From contig BTVV01000006.1 in NCBI GenBank assembly GCA_045863855.1, positions 9,216-73,215 on the forward strand: a stretch of DNA of 64,000 bases. Reading direction: 5' to 3'. The stretch comes from Planctomycetota bacterium (GTDB lineage Bacteria > Planctomycetota > SZUA-567 > H5-PLA8). The notes under the pieces are model-generated. The model made no database searches and was not told where the DNA came from. It saw only the letters and a list, made by a program, of their open reading frames with translations. A program made the translations under genes and the position numbers. Positions within the stretch are counted from its first letter, which is position 1. The number at the start of each line of letters is the position of its first letter. Of the stretch, positions 19,408 through 29,277 are shown piece after piece.

Positions 19408-20184
19408 ATGCAACTGAACGAAGCCGAACGGGCGAGCGGGACGCTTTCCGCGGCCTCGCTGGCCCAAGCGGTGGAACTGGTTCGGCACGACGGCTATGTG
19501 GTGTTCGAAGCGGTGCTTCCGCGCGAGTTCATCTCCGAATTGCGGGCGGCATTTCTACCGCTGCTCGAAGAGACGGTGCGGCGCCAGCCCGAGAATCGCG
19601 GCTCGCGGCGCTATCAGATGCATCTCCCGTTCAAGCCGCCTTTCTGCGATGCGCGCTTCATCGAACACCCCATCGCACTGGCCGTCGTCGAAACGATCCT
19701 GGGCAGCGACTGCGTCTGCCAATATTTCGCCAGCGATACGCCCCTGCTGGGCAGCGACTACCAGGCGGTGCACAGCGACATTCACCCGCTTTTCCCCGAG
19801 AGCGATCTGATCGTGCCGGCCTACGGGCTGGTGGTGAACGTGAACCTCGTCGATTTTACGCCCGAGAACGGCCCGCTCGAGATCTGGCCGGGCGGGACGC
19901 ATAAGATGCCCGGAGGCGTGGACCTCAAAGGACTCGCGCCGAGGATGCTCAGCCATGCGGTCCACATGCCGGCCGGTTCGATCCTGATTCGCGACCTGCG
20001 CGCTTGGCACCGCGGGACGCCCAACCGAACCGCTGAGCCGCGTCCGAACTTGGCTCTGATTTACGCGCGGCACTGGTTCAAGACCAGCTATCCGCCGATT
20101 CGCATTCCGCGCGCCGAGTTCGAGAAACTCTCCGAGCGCGCCAAGAAGCTGTTCCGGTTCGAGCAGGTCTTGCAAGACGCATGA
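19408..20184 (+). CDS. Phytanoyl-CoA dioxygenase (PhyH) family protein, second paralog
   Basis: HSDIHPLFPES...PENGPLEIWPGGTHK...AWHRGTPN motifs. Confidence 0.7.
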   Translation: MQLNEAERASGTLSAASLAQAVELVRHDGYVVFEAVLPREFISELRAAFLPLLEETVRRQPENRGSRRYQMHLPFKPPFCDARFIEHPIALAVVETILGSDCVCQYFASDTPLLGSDYQAVHSDIHPLFPESDLIVPAYGLVVNVNLVDFTPENGPLEIWPGGTHKMPGGVDLKGLAPRMLSHAVHMPAGSILIRDLRAWHRGTPNRTAEPRPNLALIYARHWFKTSYPPIRIPRAEFEKLSERAKKLFRFEQVLQDA

Positions 20185-20187
20185 GTC

Positions 20188-23100
20188 CTATTTAAGCGCG
20201 GCCTGCAGCTTTGCGATACCCTGCGCCACCGTACGTTTGAAGGCTTCCATTTTCTCTGAGCTGAACGGGTTGTCGGCCTTGCCTTCGCCATCGCGAGCGT
20301 CGGCATTCGACTTGCCAAACGTGAGCTGCGCGAGCACGCTGTCGATCGCCGTTTGAAGCGCCTGCGCTTCGGCCGACGCCTTGCCGGAGGCCTGTGCTTC
20401 CTTAATGAGTTTGCCCGCGGCTTCCAGGTAGCGATGGTCCCAGCAACCCGCGCGGATCCATTCCCAGATCGGCGTGCTGCGCAGGCCGCGCGTGGACGGA
20501 TACGTCACGCCGTAATGCGCTTCGTTGTGCGACGCAAGATAGAAGTTCCCGTACGTCCCGCCGCCGTTGTAGACCCACTGGAAGAAGCCCTGAACGCCGT
20601 ACTTCGTGCGCGCGAAGTACATGTACGTCCCGAAGCTGAAGCGGTTCATGCCGGTGTTGTAGAGCCACAAGCGTCGTCCCGCCTTGGATACGACCTCGGC
20701 ATCGCGCGGTGAGTGCAGCCCCGCGCCCCAGGTGTCGATATCGGCCAGCGCTTCGGCCATGCCCGGCGGCGTTTTCGCGGGATCGCCGAGGTAGCTGCTG
20801 TCGAAGGCCACGAAGCGGAAGCCCGGCGCGCTCTCCTGCAGGATGCGGTGATGCTCCGCCAGCTTCGCGGGGACGCTGCCCGGGTGGACGATGTACTCGT
20901 CGTCGGTGCAAAAGGCGATGGGCAGCCAGTTCTTTTCCTTGGCGTGCACGCGCACCGCGTCGAAATAAGCCTTCACCAGTTCGGCGTAGCTCGACGCGCC
21001 CCACTTCTTCGCTTCGGCGGCGTGATCGGTCTGCACGCGCAGCGAGACGCCCGTCCCGATTCCGTAGCCGTTCAGTTCCTGCGTGAAGCCCGCCGCGCGC
21101 GCCAGCTCCATCCAGCGGTCCATGCTGGAGAAATCGATCTCTGCCTTGCCGTTCTCGAACTTCTTGAGTGGGATGGCCACCAGCGGATCGACGCTGGTCA
21201 GGCCGTGCGCGCGCGCATCGGCGAGTATCTCCTTCCACGCCTGCCAATACGATTCGCCCGTGGGGTCCAGGGCCAGGTACGCTTGCGATGGCCCCATCAT
21301 GAACATACCCATCGGGAACGACGGCTCGGGGAGCTTCAATCCCCAGACCTTGAGCGAGACGGGAACTTTCAGCTCGGGAAATTGAGCGCCGGACAGCGCC
21401 AGTTCGCCCGCGTAGGAGCCGGTTTCGGCGTCCTCGGGCAGCTCGAACGTGATCCAGAAGGAGCGCGTCACGCCGGGGCGCAGTTCGACGGGACGCACGG
21501 AAACTTCATCCAGGTACTTCGGTGTGATCACATAGACGGCGGTCCGGTTCAGCGCCTTGTAGCGCAGCACACGCACCTTCGCGGCCAGCGTCTTGCCCGA
21601 ATGCGCGTGCTTCACCGTGCAACTCGCGCGCTCGATCGCGCCAAGGTTCTTGAGCGGCAGCAATCCGAAGCAGCCGTTTACGGGCTCGCCCGGCGCGCCG
21701 GCCAAGTCCAGCGCGGTGCGCTTGGCTTCTTCCGCGCTGGGCTGCGAATTCACTTCGACGATCCGGTCGGACGCATGCACGAAAGGCACGTACCCGCGCG
21801 CCTTCTCTTCGGTCGAGGTTTCGTACGCGGGCCCTGCCGGAGGCAGCTTTTCGACGTGCTGCGCCTGGAACTGGTCCTTGCGGAACCCGTCGAAGCCGGC
21901 CAGCCAGCGCTCCGCGTCGTTGGCGCTATCCTTTGGCCAGATCGCCAAGCCGTTGAGCATCACGCTCCACCACGCGCCTTCGAAATCGAGCTTGAGCTGC
22001 CCGCCGGTTACTTGGACTTCGAAGCGTTGCGGCATGAACAGTTTGGCGATGTACTTCTCGTACAGATCGTCGCCGGGCAGGTCCTCCTCATCCTGGAAGC
22101 GATGCTCGTAGGCCTTGAAGCTTTCTGCGTTGAAGATCTGCTCGACGACCGTCTTCCCATTGGCGCGGACGACGCGGCGTTCGAAGGTCTGCCCCCAGCC
22201 ATTCCCCGGCGCGCCGAGCATCAGCCAGACGCCGTAGGTTCCGTCGGGCAGATCGATTGCGAAGCTCGCGTTCGTGGGCTGGCAGAAATCGCGGCACAGA
22301 TCGTCCGCCGGCCGGTGCCGGCCCAGCACCTCGTTGATGTCGAAGTCGCGCCCGAACTGCCCGCCGGGCAGCCAGCCGAAGCCTTTGCCCGCCGCGTACG
22401 CGTCCTCGCGCGAGACCTTCGTGAACGCCGGCATCACCGCGGCGTTTTGCGGGCCGAAGTCGAAGCGCTTCAAGCCCGCGACGGGAATCTCCTCGACGCC
22501 CTTCACCAGCCGCACGTTGTCGATGAAGATCGTGGCTCGATCCACCGCCAGGTTGAATTTCTTGATCTCCTTCACCTCGATGGACTTACCGCCGTTGGGG
22601 CCGGTCATGCCCCCGACCGAAAGGCGCAGCGTGTTCAGCCCCGGCTTGAGCATGCGTTCCCAGTTGTGGCGGTCCCAGTAGCCGGCGTTCACGTCCTTGG
22701 CCCGGATCCAGCCGCTGACGCCCACCGGTTTGTCCGATGGATTAAAGATATCGATCGCCAACGTGTCGTAGCTGCTCCAGTCGGCTTCGAAGCCGCTGAA
22801 CTGCACGTTTCCCGCCGGCGCGCGGCTTTCCAGCTTCAGCGCCTGCTTTCCTTCCGTGGCATGCTCGGCGGCGGGCGCCATCGAAGACTTGCCTTTGAAG
22901 TCCTCGGGATAGTCTTCCAATTCGATCTTGCCCGGGTCCGAACCTTCGAACGAATAGAGCACCTTCGTCTCGAAGCTTCCGGTGCCCTTCACGAGCCGCG
23001 CGTGATCCAGGTAGATCGTTGCCGGTGACTTCGGATCGTCGCTCGCGAACTGAATCGCGATCATCTCCAGGTTCTTGAGATCCAACGCGCCCTTGCCGTT

Positions 23101-23532
23101 CTGGCGGTTCAGGAGCCCGAGCGAGAAGGCGAGCTTGCGTTTGCCCGGTTGCAGCGTGAACTCGTAGTTGTACCGCGTCCACCAGTCCTTCCCATCCTTG
23201 TCGCGGATAAAGCCCGCGACCTTGACCGCGCCGCCTTCGACGAAGACGTCGTACACCAGTTGGTCGTACTCGCCCCACTTCCCGGCGTAATTGGTCCCCG
23301 CAAAAAAGAAGACGTTGGGCGAGAAGGGCTGGTCGAGCTTCACCTTTCCCGCGAACTTCCCCTGCGTCGCGTGGTCCGGTACGCATTCGATCCGCTCTGG
23401 AAATTCGAACGCCTGCTGCCGCGATTCGAAATCGAAGAGCAGCGCTTCCTGTTCGCTTGCGCCAAGTCCGGCGGCGGCCGGCAGCAGCACGGTGAGCAGG
23501 AAGGCGAAGCGAGTCATGGCGGTCATAGGCAA
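20188..23532 (-). CDS. Large secreted multidomain protein (1114 aa) with two N-terminal tandem ~150-aa CBM-like beta-sandwich repeats; the catalytic domain is unassigned
   Basis: Signal peptide MTRFAFLLTVLLPAAAGLGA. There is an internal duplication (FDFESRQQAFEFPE.../FEGSDPGKIELEDYPED...). Confidence 0.6.
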   Translation of the reverse strand: MPMTAMTRFAFLLTVLLPAAAGLGASEQEALLFDFESRQQAFEFPERIECVPDHATQGKFAGKVKLDQPFSPNVFFFAGTNYAGKWGEYDQLVYDVFVEGGAVKVAGFIRDKDGKDWWTRYNYEFTLQPGKRKLAFSLGLLNRQNGKGALDLKNLEMIAIQFASDDPKSPATIYLDHARLVKGTGSFETKVLYSFEGSDPGKIELEDYPEDFKGKSSMAPAAEHATEGKQALKLESRAPAGNVQFSGFEADWSSYDTLAIDIFNPSDKPVGVSGWIRAKDVNAGYWDRHNWERMLKPGLNTLRLSVGGMTGPNGGKSIEVKEIKKFNLAVDRATIFIDNVRLVKGVEEIPVAGLKRFDFGPQNAAVMPAFTKVSREDAYAAGKGFGWLPGGQFGRDFDINEVLGRHRPADDLCRDFCQPTNASFAIDLPDGTYGVWLMLGAPGNGWGQTFERRVVRANGKTVVEQIFNAESFKAYEHRFQDEEDLPGDDLYEKYIAKLFMPQRFEVQVTGGQLKLDFEGAWWSVMLNGLAIWPKDSANDAERWLAGFDGFRKDQFQAQHVEKLPPAGPAYETSTEEKARGYVPFVHASDRIVEVNSQPSAEEAKRTALDLAGAPGEPVNGCFGLLPLKNLGAIERASCTVKHAHSGKTLAAKVRVLRYKALNRTAVYVITPKYLDEVSVRPVELRPGVTRSFWITFELPEDAETGSYAGELALSGAQFPELKVPVSLKVWGLKLPEPSFPMGMFMMGPSQAYLALDPTGESYWQAWKEILADARAHGLTSVDPLVAIPLKKFENGKAEIDFSSMDRWMELARAAGFTQELNGYGIGTGVSLRVQTDHAAEAKKWGASSYAELVKAYFDAVRVHAKEKNWLPIAFCTDDEYIVHPGSVPAKLAEHHRILQESAPGFRFVAFDSSYLGDPAKTPPGMAEALADIDTWGAGLHSPRDAEVVSKAGRRLWLYNTGMNRFSFGTYMYFARTKYGVQGFFQWVYNGGGTYGNFYLASHNEAHYGVTYPSTRGLRSTPIWEWIRAGCWDHRYLEAAGKLIKEAQASGKASAEAQALQTAIDSVLAQLTFGKSNADARDGEGKADNPFSSEKMEAFKRTVAQGIAKLQAALK

Positions 23533-23566
23533 CTCCTATAAGGTAAGACCCGAATCCCGAATTCGT

Positions 23567-24715
23567 TCACGTGGCGCGCGGAACGGCCAAGCTCTCGCGG
23601 CCGACAAAAGAGACGGGGAACACCTCGCGCCGCGCAAGCAGTTCCGGCCGGGCGATGCGCTCGCGCAGCAGACGCACCGCCGCCGCGCCGGAGGGTTCCA
23701 ACTCCATGTGTACCGACGAAAGCCCCGGCGAAGAAAAGTAGCCCATCTCGCCGAAGCCCACGATGCTGATGTCTTCGGGCACGCGTAAGCCGGCATCTTT
23801 CGCCGCGGCCAGCGCGCCCAAAGCCATCTCGTCGGTCGTGCAGGCCAAGGCCGTGGGCGGCGGACCGGCGCAAAAGAGCCGCGCAGCGCAGTCGTACGCT
23901 TGTCGTCCGCTCGGCGGAACCGGCATCAGGCGCTCGGGCAAAAGGTCGATCCCGCGCGACCGGAACGCGCGCTCGAAGCCGGCCTTGCGGTCGGCGGCGA
24001 TCTCGCCCAGTACCGCGCTGCGCGGATCGTCGCTCGATGCATGCACGAAAAACGCGGCGTCGCGGTGACCCAGATCCAGCAAGGCCGAAGCCGCGAGGTA
24101 TCCGCCTTCCTCGTTGGCGTGCGTCACGAAATCGAAGGCCGCCGGATGCGACGGCATCGCGCAGTCGTACAACACCGTCGGCTTGCCCGTTCCCAGCAGC
24201 GCATACAGCGTGGGGCGGTCGGTGATGCCGATTACGATCACACCGCTTAAGTCCGCTTCGTGCGCAAGGCGGAGCGCCAAGTCGTCGGCGTGCTTTTCTA
24301 ACAGCGGGCGCATGCCCAGCGAAACGCCGGCGCCGCATTCCAAGTGCATGCCTTGCAGCACACGTGCGTAAAATAATCCATCGCGAGCGTCGATCCGCTC
24401 GCCGCGAATCACGAGCCCCACCTTGCTCGCCGCACCAAGTGCTGCTATGGGCGGCAACTCGGGTGGCGCGGGCTCCGCGCCAGGACGCCTCACGAACGTC
24501 CCGCGCCCGGAGATCCGCTGCAACAAGCCTTCTTCCGTCAGCTCGACCAGCGCCCGCCGGACCGTCATCCGGCTTAAACCCAGCTCGTCCGCCAAGCTCC
24601 GTTCGTCCGGAATCGGCTGGTCAGCCAGAAAGCGCCCGGCCAGAATTTCACGCTTCAAGCTTTCCTTGACCTGGAGGTAAAGCGGCATTGGGTCATCGCG
24701 GCGCAAGCTGATCAT
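23567..24715 (-). CDS. GntR-family HTH regulator fused to a LacI/periplasmic-binding-protein-type sugar-binding domain
   Basis: N-terminal GntR HTH ([31 protein letters not shown]), then PBP-type fold (VGLVI...). Confidence 0.75.
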   Translation of the reverse strand: MISLRRDDPMPLYLQVKESLKREILAGRFLADQPIPDERSLADELGLSRMTVRRALVELTEEGLLQRISGRGTFVRRPGAEPAPPELPPIAALGAASKVGLVIRGERIDARDGLFYARVLQGMHLECGAGVSLGMRPLLEKHADDLALRLAHEADLSGVIVIGITDRPTLYALLGTGKPTVLYDCAMPSHPAAFDFVTHANEEGGYLAASALLDLGHRDAAFFVHASSDDPRSAVLGEIAADRKAGFERAFRSRGIDLLPERLMPVPPSGRQAYDCAARLFCAGPPPTALACTTDEMALGALAAAKDAGLRVPEDISIVGFGEMGYFSSPGLSSVHMELEPSGAAAVRLLRERIARPELLARREVFPVSFVGRESLAVPRAT

Positions 24716-24792
24716 AGACCGGAATACACCCGACTATACCAGGATGTCAATAATTTCGATATTTCACGTAACCTATTTAACTATATACACTT

Positions 24793-24820
24793 AAAAAGAA
24801 AGCCTCCCGCGAAGGGAGGC
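24793..24820 (-). terminator. Putative intrinsic terminator for the small minus-strand gene 24848..25054
   Basis: The perfect 7-bp GC-rich stem gcctccc/gggaggc (24802-24808/24814-24820) with loop gcgaa is followed on the minus strand by TTTCTTTTT (plus aaaaagaaa, 24793-24801). It lies 28 nt downstream of the ORF stop. Confidence 0.55.
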
Positions 24821-24847
24821 ATTCAAGAACATGGGAAAAGCAAGAGC

Positions 24848-25054
24848 TTAGTTTGCACAGGCGCTCGCACCGGTTTCCTGGACCGCCTTAAGCGTCTCGA
24901 CCAGCAACTCCCGCCGCCGCCGCTCACGCTCCAAGCGATCCGTATCCGCGCCTTCGTTCCGCATGCGCTCCAAACGCATATCCACCACTTCACAGACCGT
25001 GTGCAGCATCCGCACCGTATCCTCTACCGTCCGCAGTTTCGTGATCGTCTTCAT
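24848..25054 (-). CDS. Small hypothetical protein (68 aa, charged/helical) in an AT-rich intergenic island
   Basis: ATG at 25054 is preceded on the minus strand by GGGAGG with a 9-nt spacer (the track start 25063 is 3 codons upstream). The stop is followed by the intrinsic terminator. No recognised family. Confidence 0.5.
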   Translation of the reverse strand: MKTITKLRTVEDTVRMLHTVCEVVDMRLERMRNEGADTDRLERERRRRELLVETLKAVQETGASACAN

Positions 25055-25436
25055 AGTCTGCATCCTCCCGGTTGATTATCGACAGCGCCGGGTTCGCACT
25101 TCACTTCGTTCAACGTTCTTGGCCTTGAAAGCCTTCGATCAAAGTATGGCTTCGGCTCAAGACTCTATTCCTTTTAACGAAACGAACCCTTTCGCAGTCA
25201 CGCATCGAATTCTTGCACGCGTGCAGGACTCTTTTAAGCCTCTTTGGCGAGCGCGGCGCTCTACAAATCAGTGACGTACGTAAGCGTACTGGCTTGAATG
25301 TATTTTCAATCATGCGGCGATCGGCGCTCGATGCGGTCTGGGGCCACTTGCGGCGCGCCCGAGGCCCGGTAACCTGATCCGCTTTCCCGCCGTGTGCGCC
25401 TGACGCTGCGGTGGGCTTCGCGAAAGGACTCCTGTC

Positions 25437-26651
25437 ATGGCCGAGAAGTGCATTCTCCTTTACTCCGGCGGGCTCGATACGAGCGTCATCGTTCACTGGC
25501 TGGCGCAGAAGGGGTACGAAGTCGTCTGCGTGACCATCGACGTCGGTCAGCAGGAAGACATCCAGTTCGAGAAGAAAGCGCTCGGCAGCGGTGCGTCGAA
25601 GTTCATGATCCGCGACATCACCGAGGAGTTCGTCAAGCAGGGCGTCTATCAGTGCATTCGCGCGCAGGCCAAATACGAAGGACGCTACCTGCTCGGGACG
25701 AGCATCGCGCGCCCGTTCATGATCAAGGCCATCTGCGATGTGGCCAAAGCCGAAGGCACGTCCGTCATCGCGCACGGCGCGACGGGCAAAGGCAACGACC
25801 AGTGCCGCTTCGAGTTGGCCGCGTATGCGCTGGTGCCCGGCGCGAAGATTATCGCGCCTTGGCGCGACGCCGAATTCCGCAAGCTCATCCCCGGTCGCAA
25901 AGAAGCCATCGAGTACGCCGCCAAGCACGGCATTCCGATCCAGGCCAGCGCCTCCAAGCCCTGGTCCACCGATCCGAACATCCAGCACCGCAGCCACGAG
26001 GCCGGCGAACTGGAAGATCCGTGGCTGCGCCCGCGCGACGAGATGTACCAACTCGTCACGCCGCCCGCAAAAGCGCCGGACAAGACCGAGACGGTGGAGA
26101 TCGAATTCGAACGCGGCTACCCGGTGGGCTTGAACGGCAAGCTGCTCGAGCCCGTGGCGCTGCTCAACGAATTGAACACCATCGCCGGGCGCAACGGGGT
26201 GGGGATCGTCGATATGGTCGAGAACCGCTTCGTGGGCATGAAAAGCCGTGGAGTCTACGAAGCCCCCGGGGCGACGGTGCTGTACGAAGCGCACCGCGAT
26301 CTTGAAGGCATCACCCAAGACCGCAAGGTCGCTCAAATCCGCGACGGCCTGATCCCGACGTACGCGCAGCTCGTCTACGACGGCTTCTGGTTCCATCCGG
26401 CCAAGGAATGCCTGGACGCGCTGATCGACGAATCGCAGCGCCACGTGACCGGCACGGTGAAGCTCGAACTTTACAAGGGCGGCGTGCGTACGGTGGGCCG
26501 CAAGAGTCCCCACAGCCTCTACGACGAATCGGTCGCGACGATGGAAGGCGGCGGGAGCTACAACCAGGACGACGCGACCGGATTCCTGCGCATCCAGGGT
26601 CTGCCCACGCGCATCCAGGCGCAGATTCGCGCGCGCGGAACCAAGCGCTAA
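25437..26651 (+). CDS. argG: Argininosuccinate synthase
   Basis: N-terminal PP-loop LLYSGGLDTS, ...IAHGATGKGNDQCRFELAAYAL..., ~400 aa. Confidence 0.92.
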   Translation: MAEKCILLYSGGLDTSVIVHWLAQKGYEVVCVTIDVGQQEDIQFEKKALGSGASKFMIRDITEEFVKQGVYQCIRAQAKYEGRYLLGTSIARPFMIKAICDVAKAEGTSVIAHGATGKGNDQCRFELAAYALVPGAKIIAPWRDAEFRKLIPGRKEAIEYAAKHGIPIQASASKPWSTDPNIQHRSHEAGELEDPWLRPRDEMYQLVTPPAKAPDKTETVEIEFERGYPVGLNGKLLEPVALLNELNTIAGRNGVGIVDMVENRFVGMKSRGVYEAPGATVLYEAHRDLEGITQDRKVAQIRDGLIPTYAQLVYDGFWFHPAKECLDALIDESQRHVTGTVKLELYKGGVRTVGRKSPHSLYDESVATMEGGGSYNQDDATGFLRIQGLPTRIQAQIRARGTKR

Positions 26652-26734
26652 GCGCGGCGTCGAAACCAAGCCACGTTTAATGTCCATAAAGCTCCGCGGG
26701 CGACCACCGCGGAGTTTTCATTTGGCGCGTGGAT

Positions 26735-28477
26735 TCATGACGTAGGCGGGGTCTTGCGCAGCAGGTCGATTCGCCCGCGATGATAGACCCATCCGTACAG
26801 CCCGTAGAACAACAGCGGACCCAGGTGCAGGCCCCCCAGCGCCAGAAGCAAGTGCGTCCATTCGTTCGAGTACAGGAAAAAGATGGCACCGGCCAGACCC
26901 ATTCCGATGGGCAACACGGCGATAAACAAGATCGTCAAGTTGGTGAAGCTTAGTGACTCCAGATCGTCCGTCCCGCCCGCAAAGCGCATCGTCGCGATCA
27001 GCGGTTGAAAGGCCAGGGCGATCCAGACCGCCTTCACGGCCACCAGCGCGCCGCTCAGCGCCGTGCCGCCCCAATAGTTGGAGTTGATCGCCCAGCTTGC
27101 CGCATGGACCGTGGCCAAGGGGAGCCAGAAAAGCGCGCGCAGAGTCGCGGTCTTTATGAAGATCCTCGACATCTGCGCGTACCCCACCGGATAGAAGCTG
27201 TGGCGCGGCCCGAACTGATTCCCGCAAGGCAGCATGGCGAAGCCGCAGTCGTAACCGCCCGAAATGCCGAAGGCCCAGAGCGTCGCCAAGATTGCCGGAA
27301 GCAGGTGCACCCATCCCGGCAGCCAAGGCGCAAGCCAGATCAAGGCCACGCCCAAGACGGTCAGTGCCGCTGCGAACCGCCAGCCGCCGGTCCATGAAGG
27401 CGGGGCGCCCTCCATGAAGGCCGCGATGGTACGCTCGCGCGGTGTGAACCAGCGCCCGGCGCAGCGTTCGATAAATCCCAATTCCTCCCAGCGCCAGCCC
27501 GGCGCACGCAACATTTCACGTGCCGAGGCTTCGCAGGCCGCCTCGTACTCCGTTCGCAAGAGCGCGCGTGCGGCGTCGCGGTCGGCTTCGAGCACACGCG
27601 CTTCAAGTTCCGGTATCTCTTTATCCGGCGGCGGATCGAGGCGCGCATCCAGGTTCGCGTCGAGATGGCTTTCCGCCGTGGCCTGCGAGATCGCCCGGTC
27701 CAGGGGCATCTCGTATTGCCGCGCGGCCCAATGCAGCGCCGGACCGCATGCGTAGATCAGCAGGATCGCCGGAATCGTCGCCAGGACGGCCCAGGGATCG
27801 CCGCCCAGCACGCCCTCCAACAACGCCATGTTGGTCCAGCCGGCCGGAACGGCCAATTGTGCCATGGGCGGCAATTGCGGCAGAAAGGAGCTGCGGAATA
27901 CGAACATCACCCATGCGCCGACGCTTAGAATGCCGCCGGCCAGCCCCAAAGGCCAATGCGGCACGAACGCCGCGGCCATGGCCGCCAGCGCGACGACGCA
28001 TTCGCCCTGCAGCCAAGCCAGCATCGGCACCGCCAGCCAGCGCCAGCCGTTCAGGCCGGCGACCAGCCCTGTTACCGTGTAGGCCGCGGCGAATACGAAC
28101 GCATAGCCCCAGGCTTGCCGCCGCGTCCGCGCCCATTGATACATGAAGAAATCCCGGTCGCGCATGGGCAACGCCGCCAGCGCGACGAACTCCGGGCCTC
28201 CGCCCAGCCGGCCGAGCAGGTCATGGGCTTGGCGCAGCGCCTGACCGGTGGTCCACATCGCGATCAGCAGCAGGACGCCCGGCATCGCATTGGGTTCGTG
28301 CACGGCGGCGAACAAGAACAGGAGTGCGAACAGCCACCACAGCCAAGCGCCTTGAATCGTGCGCCGATGCGCCTTGCGTACGCGCTTGTATTCGCGCCAG
28401 AGTTCGGACGAATCGCGCAGCGCCGTACGCGCCGCAGCGCGCAGCCGCTTCCGAAGCGCCCGATCGGACAGATTCAA
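26735..28477 (-). CDS. Polytopic membrane protein, putative atypical ABC exporter permease (~580 aa)
   Basis: More than 10 hydrophobic segments. The TTG start at 28477-28475 overlaps the TGA of the upstream ABC ATPase (TTGA, 2-nt overlap). The track start 28753 (GTG) is an over-extension into the ATPase gene. Confidence 0.5.
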   Translation of the reverse strand: MNLSDRALRKRLRAAARTALRDSSELWREYKRVRKAHRRTIQGAWLWWLFALLFLFAAVHEPNAMPGVLLLIAMWTTGQALRQAHDLLGRLGGGPEFVALAALPMRDRDFFMYQWARTRRQAWGYAFVFAAAYTVTGLVAGLNGWRWLAVPMLAWLQGECVVALAAMAAAFVPHWPLGLAGGILSVGAWVMFVFRSSFLPQLPPMAQLAVPAGWTNMALLEGVLGGDPWAVLATIPAILLIYACGPALHWAARQYEMPLDRAISQATAESHLDANLDARLDPPPDKEIPELEARVLEADRDAARALLRTEYEAACEASAREMLRAPGWRWEELGFIERCAGRWFTPRERTIAAFMEGAPPSWTGGWRFAAALTVLGVALIWLAPWLPGWVHLLPAILATLWAFGISGGYDCGFAMLPCGNQFGPRHSFYPVGYAQMSRIFIKTATLRALFWLPLATVHAASWAINSNYWGGTALSGALVAVKAVWIALAFQPLIATMRFAGGTDDLESLSFTNLTILFIAVLPIGMGLAGAIFFLYSNEWTHLLLALGGLHLGPLLFYGLYGWVYHRGRIDLLRKTPPTS

Positions 28478-29217
28478 GCGTCGCCGTCCTCTGCGCGCAG
28501 CCGCGCGAACAGATCTTCGAGCACGCCTCCGTTCGAGCCCATGGCGGCGCGCAGCGCTTCGAGCCGGTCGAAGGCGCGCACCTGGCCCTTGTGGATGACG
28601 CAGACCCGGTCGGAGAACGCCTCGGCGAGATCCAGAAGTTGCGTGGTGTAGAGCACGGTTCGCCCGCGCTTGGCCGCTTCGCGTGAGGCGCGCTTGAAGC
28701 TGGAAATTCCATGCGGATCCATGCCGCTCGCGAACGGCTCGTCCAGCAACCACAACTCGGGGTCCACCGCCAGCAGTCCCGCAAGGGCCGATTTGTAAGC
28801 TTGCCCGCGCGAGAGCGCCTGCGCCGGCGCGTCGATCAGGGGCAGAAGGTCGAAATCCTTGAGCAGTCCGACGATGCGATCTTCCCAGCCCGGCTGCGCA
28901 TCGGCTTCGTACAGTTTAAGAACGGAAGTAAGGTGGTGGATCAGCGTTCCGCCAGGCACCAGCGGCGGGAAATCGGGCAAAAAGAAGAACTTCCGGCGCA
29001 GATCCAGACGGTCGCGCGCGAATCGTTCGCCATCGTAGCGAATCATTCCGCGATCGGGTGCGGCGATGCCGGCCAGGCAGCGCAGCAGGGTGGTTTTACC
29101 GGCCCCGTTGAGTCCGAGGACGGCCACGATCTGTCCCGGCTCGATCTCGAGGTCGACATCGGCCAGCGCGTTCAGCCCGCCGTAGCGTTTGGACAGGCCG
29201 ATCAGTTCGATCCGCAT
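28474..29217 (-). CDS. ABC transporter ATP-binding protein
   Basis: Walker A GLNGAGKTTL, signature LSRGQAYKSALAGLL, Walker B LWLLDEPFASGMD. Confidence 0.88.
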   Translation of the reverse strand: MRIELIGLSKRYGGLNALADVDLEIEPGQIVAVLGLNGAGKTTLLRCLAGIAAPDRGMIRYDGERFARDRLDLRRKFFFLPDFPPLVPGGTLIHHLTSVLKLYEADAQPGWEDRIVGLLKDFDLLPLIDAPAQALSRGQAYKSALAGLLAVDPELWLLDEPFASGMDPHGISSFKRASREAAKRGRTVLYTTQLLDLAEAFSDRVCVIHKGQVRAFDRLEALRAAMGSNGGVLEDLFARLRAEDGDA

Positions 29218-29277
29218 GCCTTCGGTTATCGGCTCGAAGCGCGTCCGGTCAAGCGCGGCCTTCGAACCGCTCGGGCC

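Noticed and set aside
24963-25274. Plus-strand 103-aa ORF in the AT-rich island upstream of argG
   Set aside because: It has no SD and a low-complexity hydrophobic translation. The minus-strand 68-aa gene, with SD and terminator, better explains the island. An sRNA here cannot be excluded.
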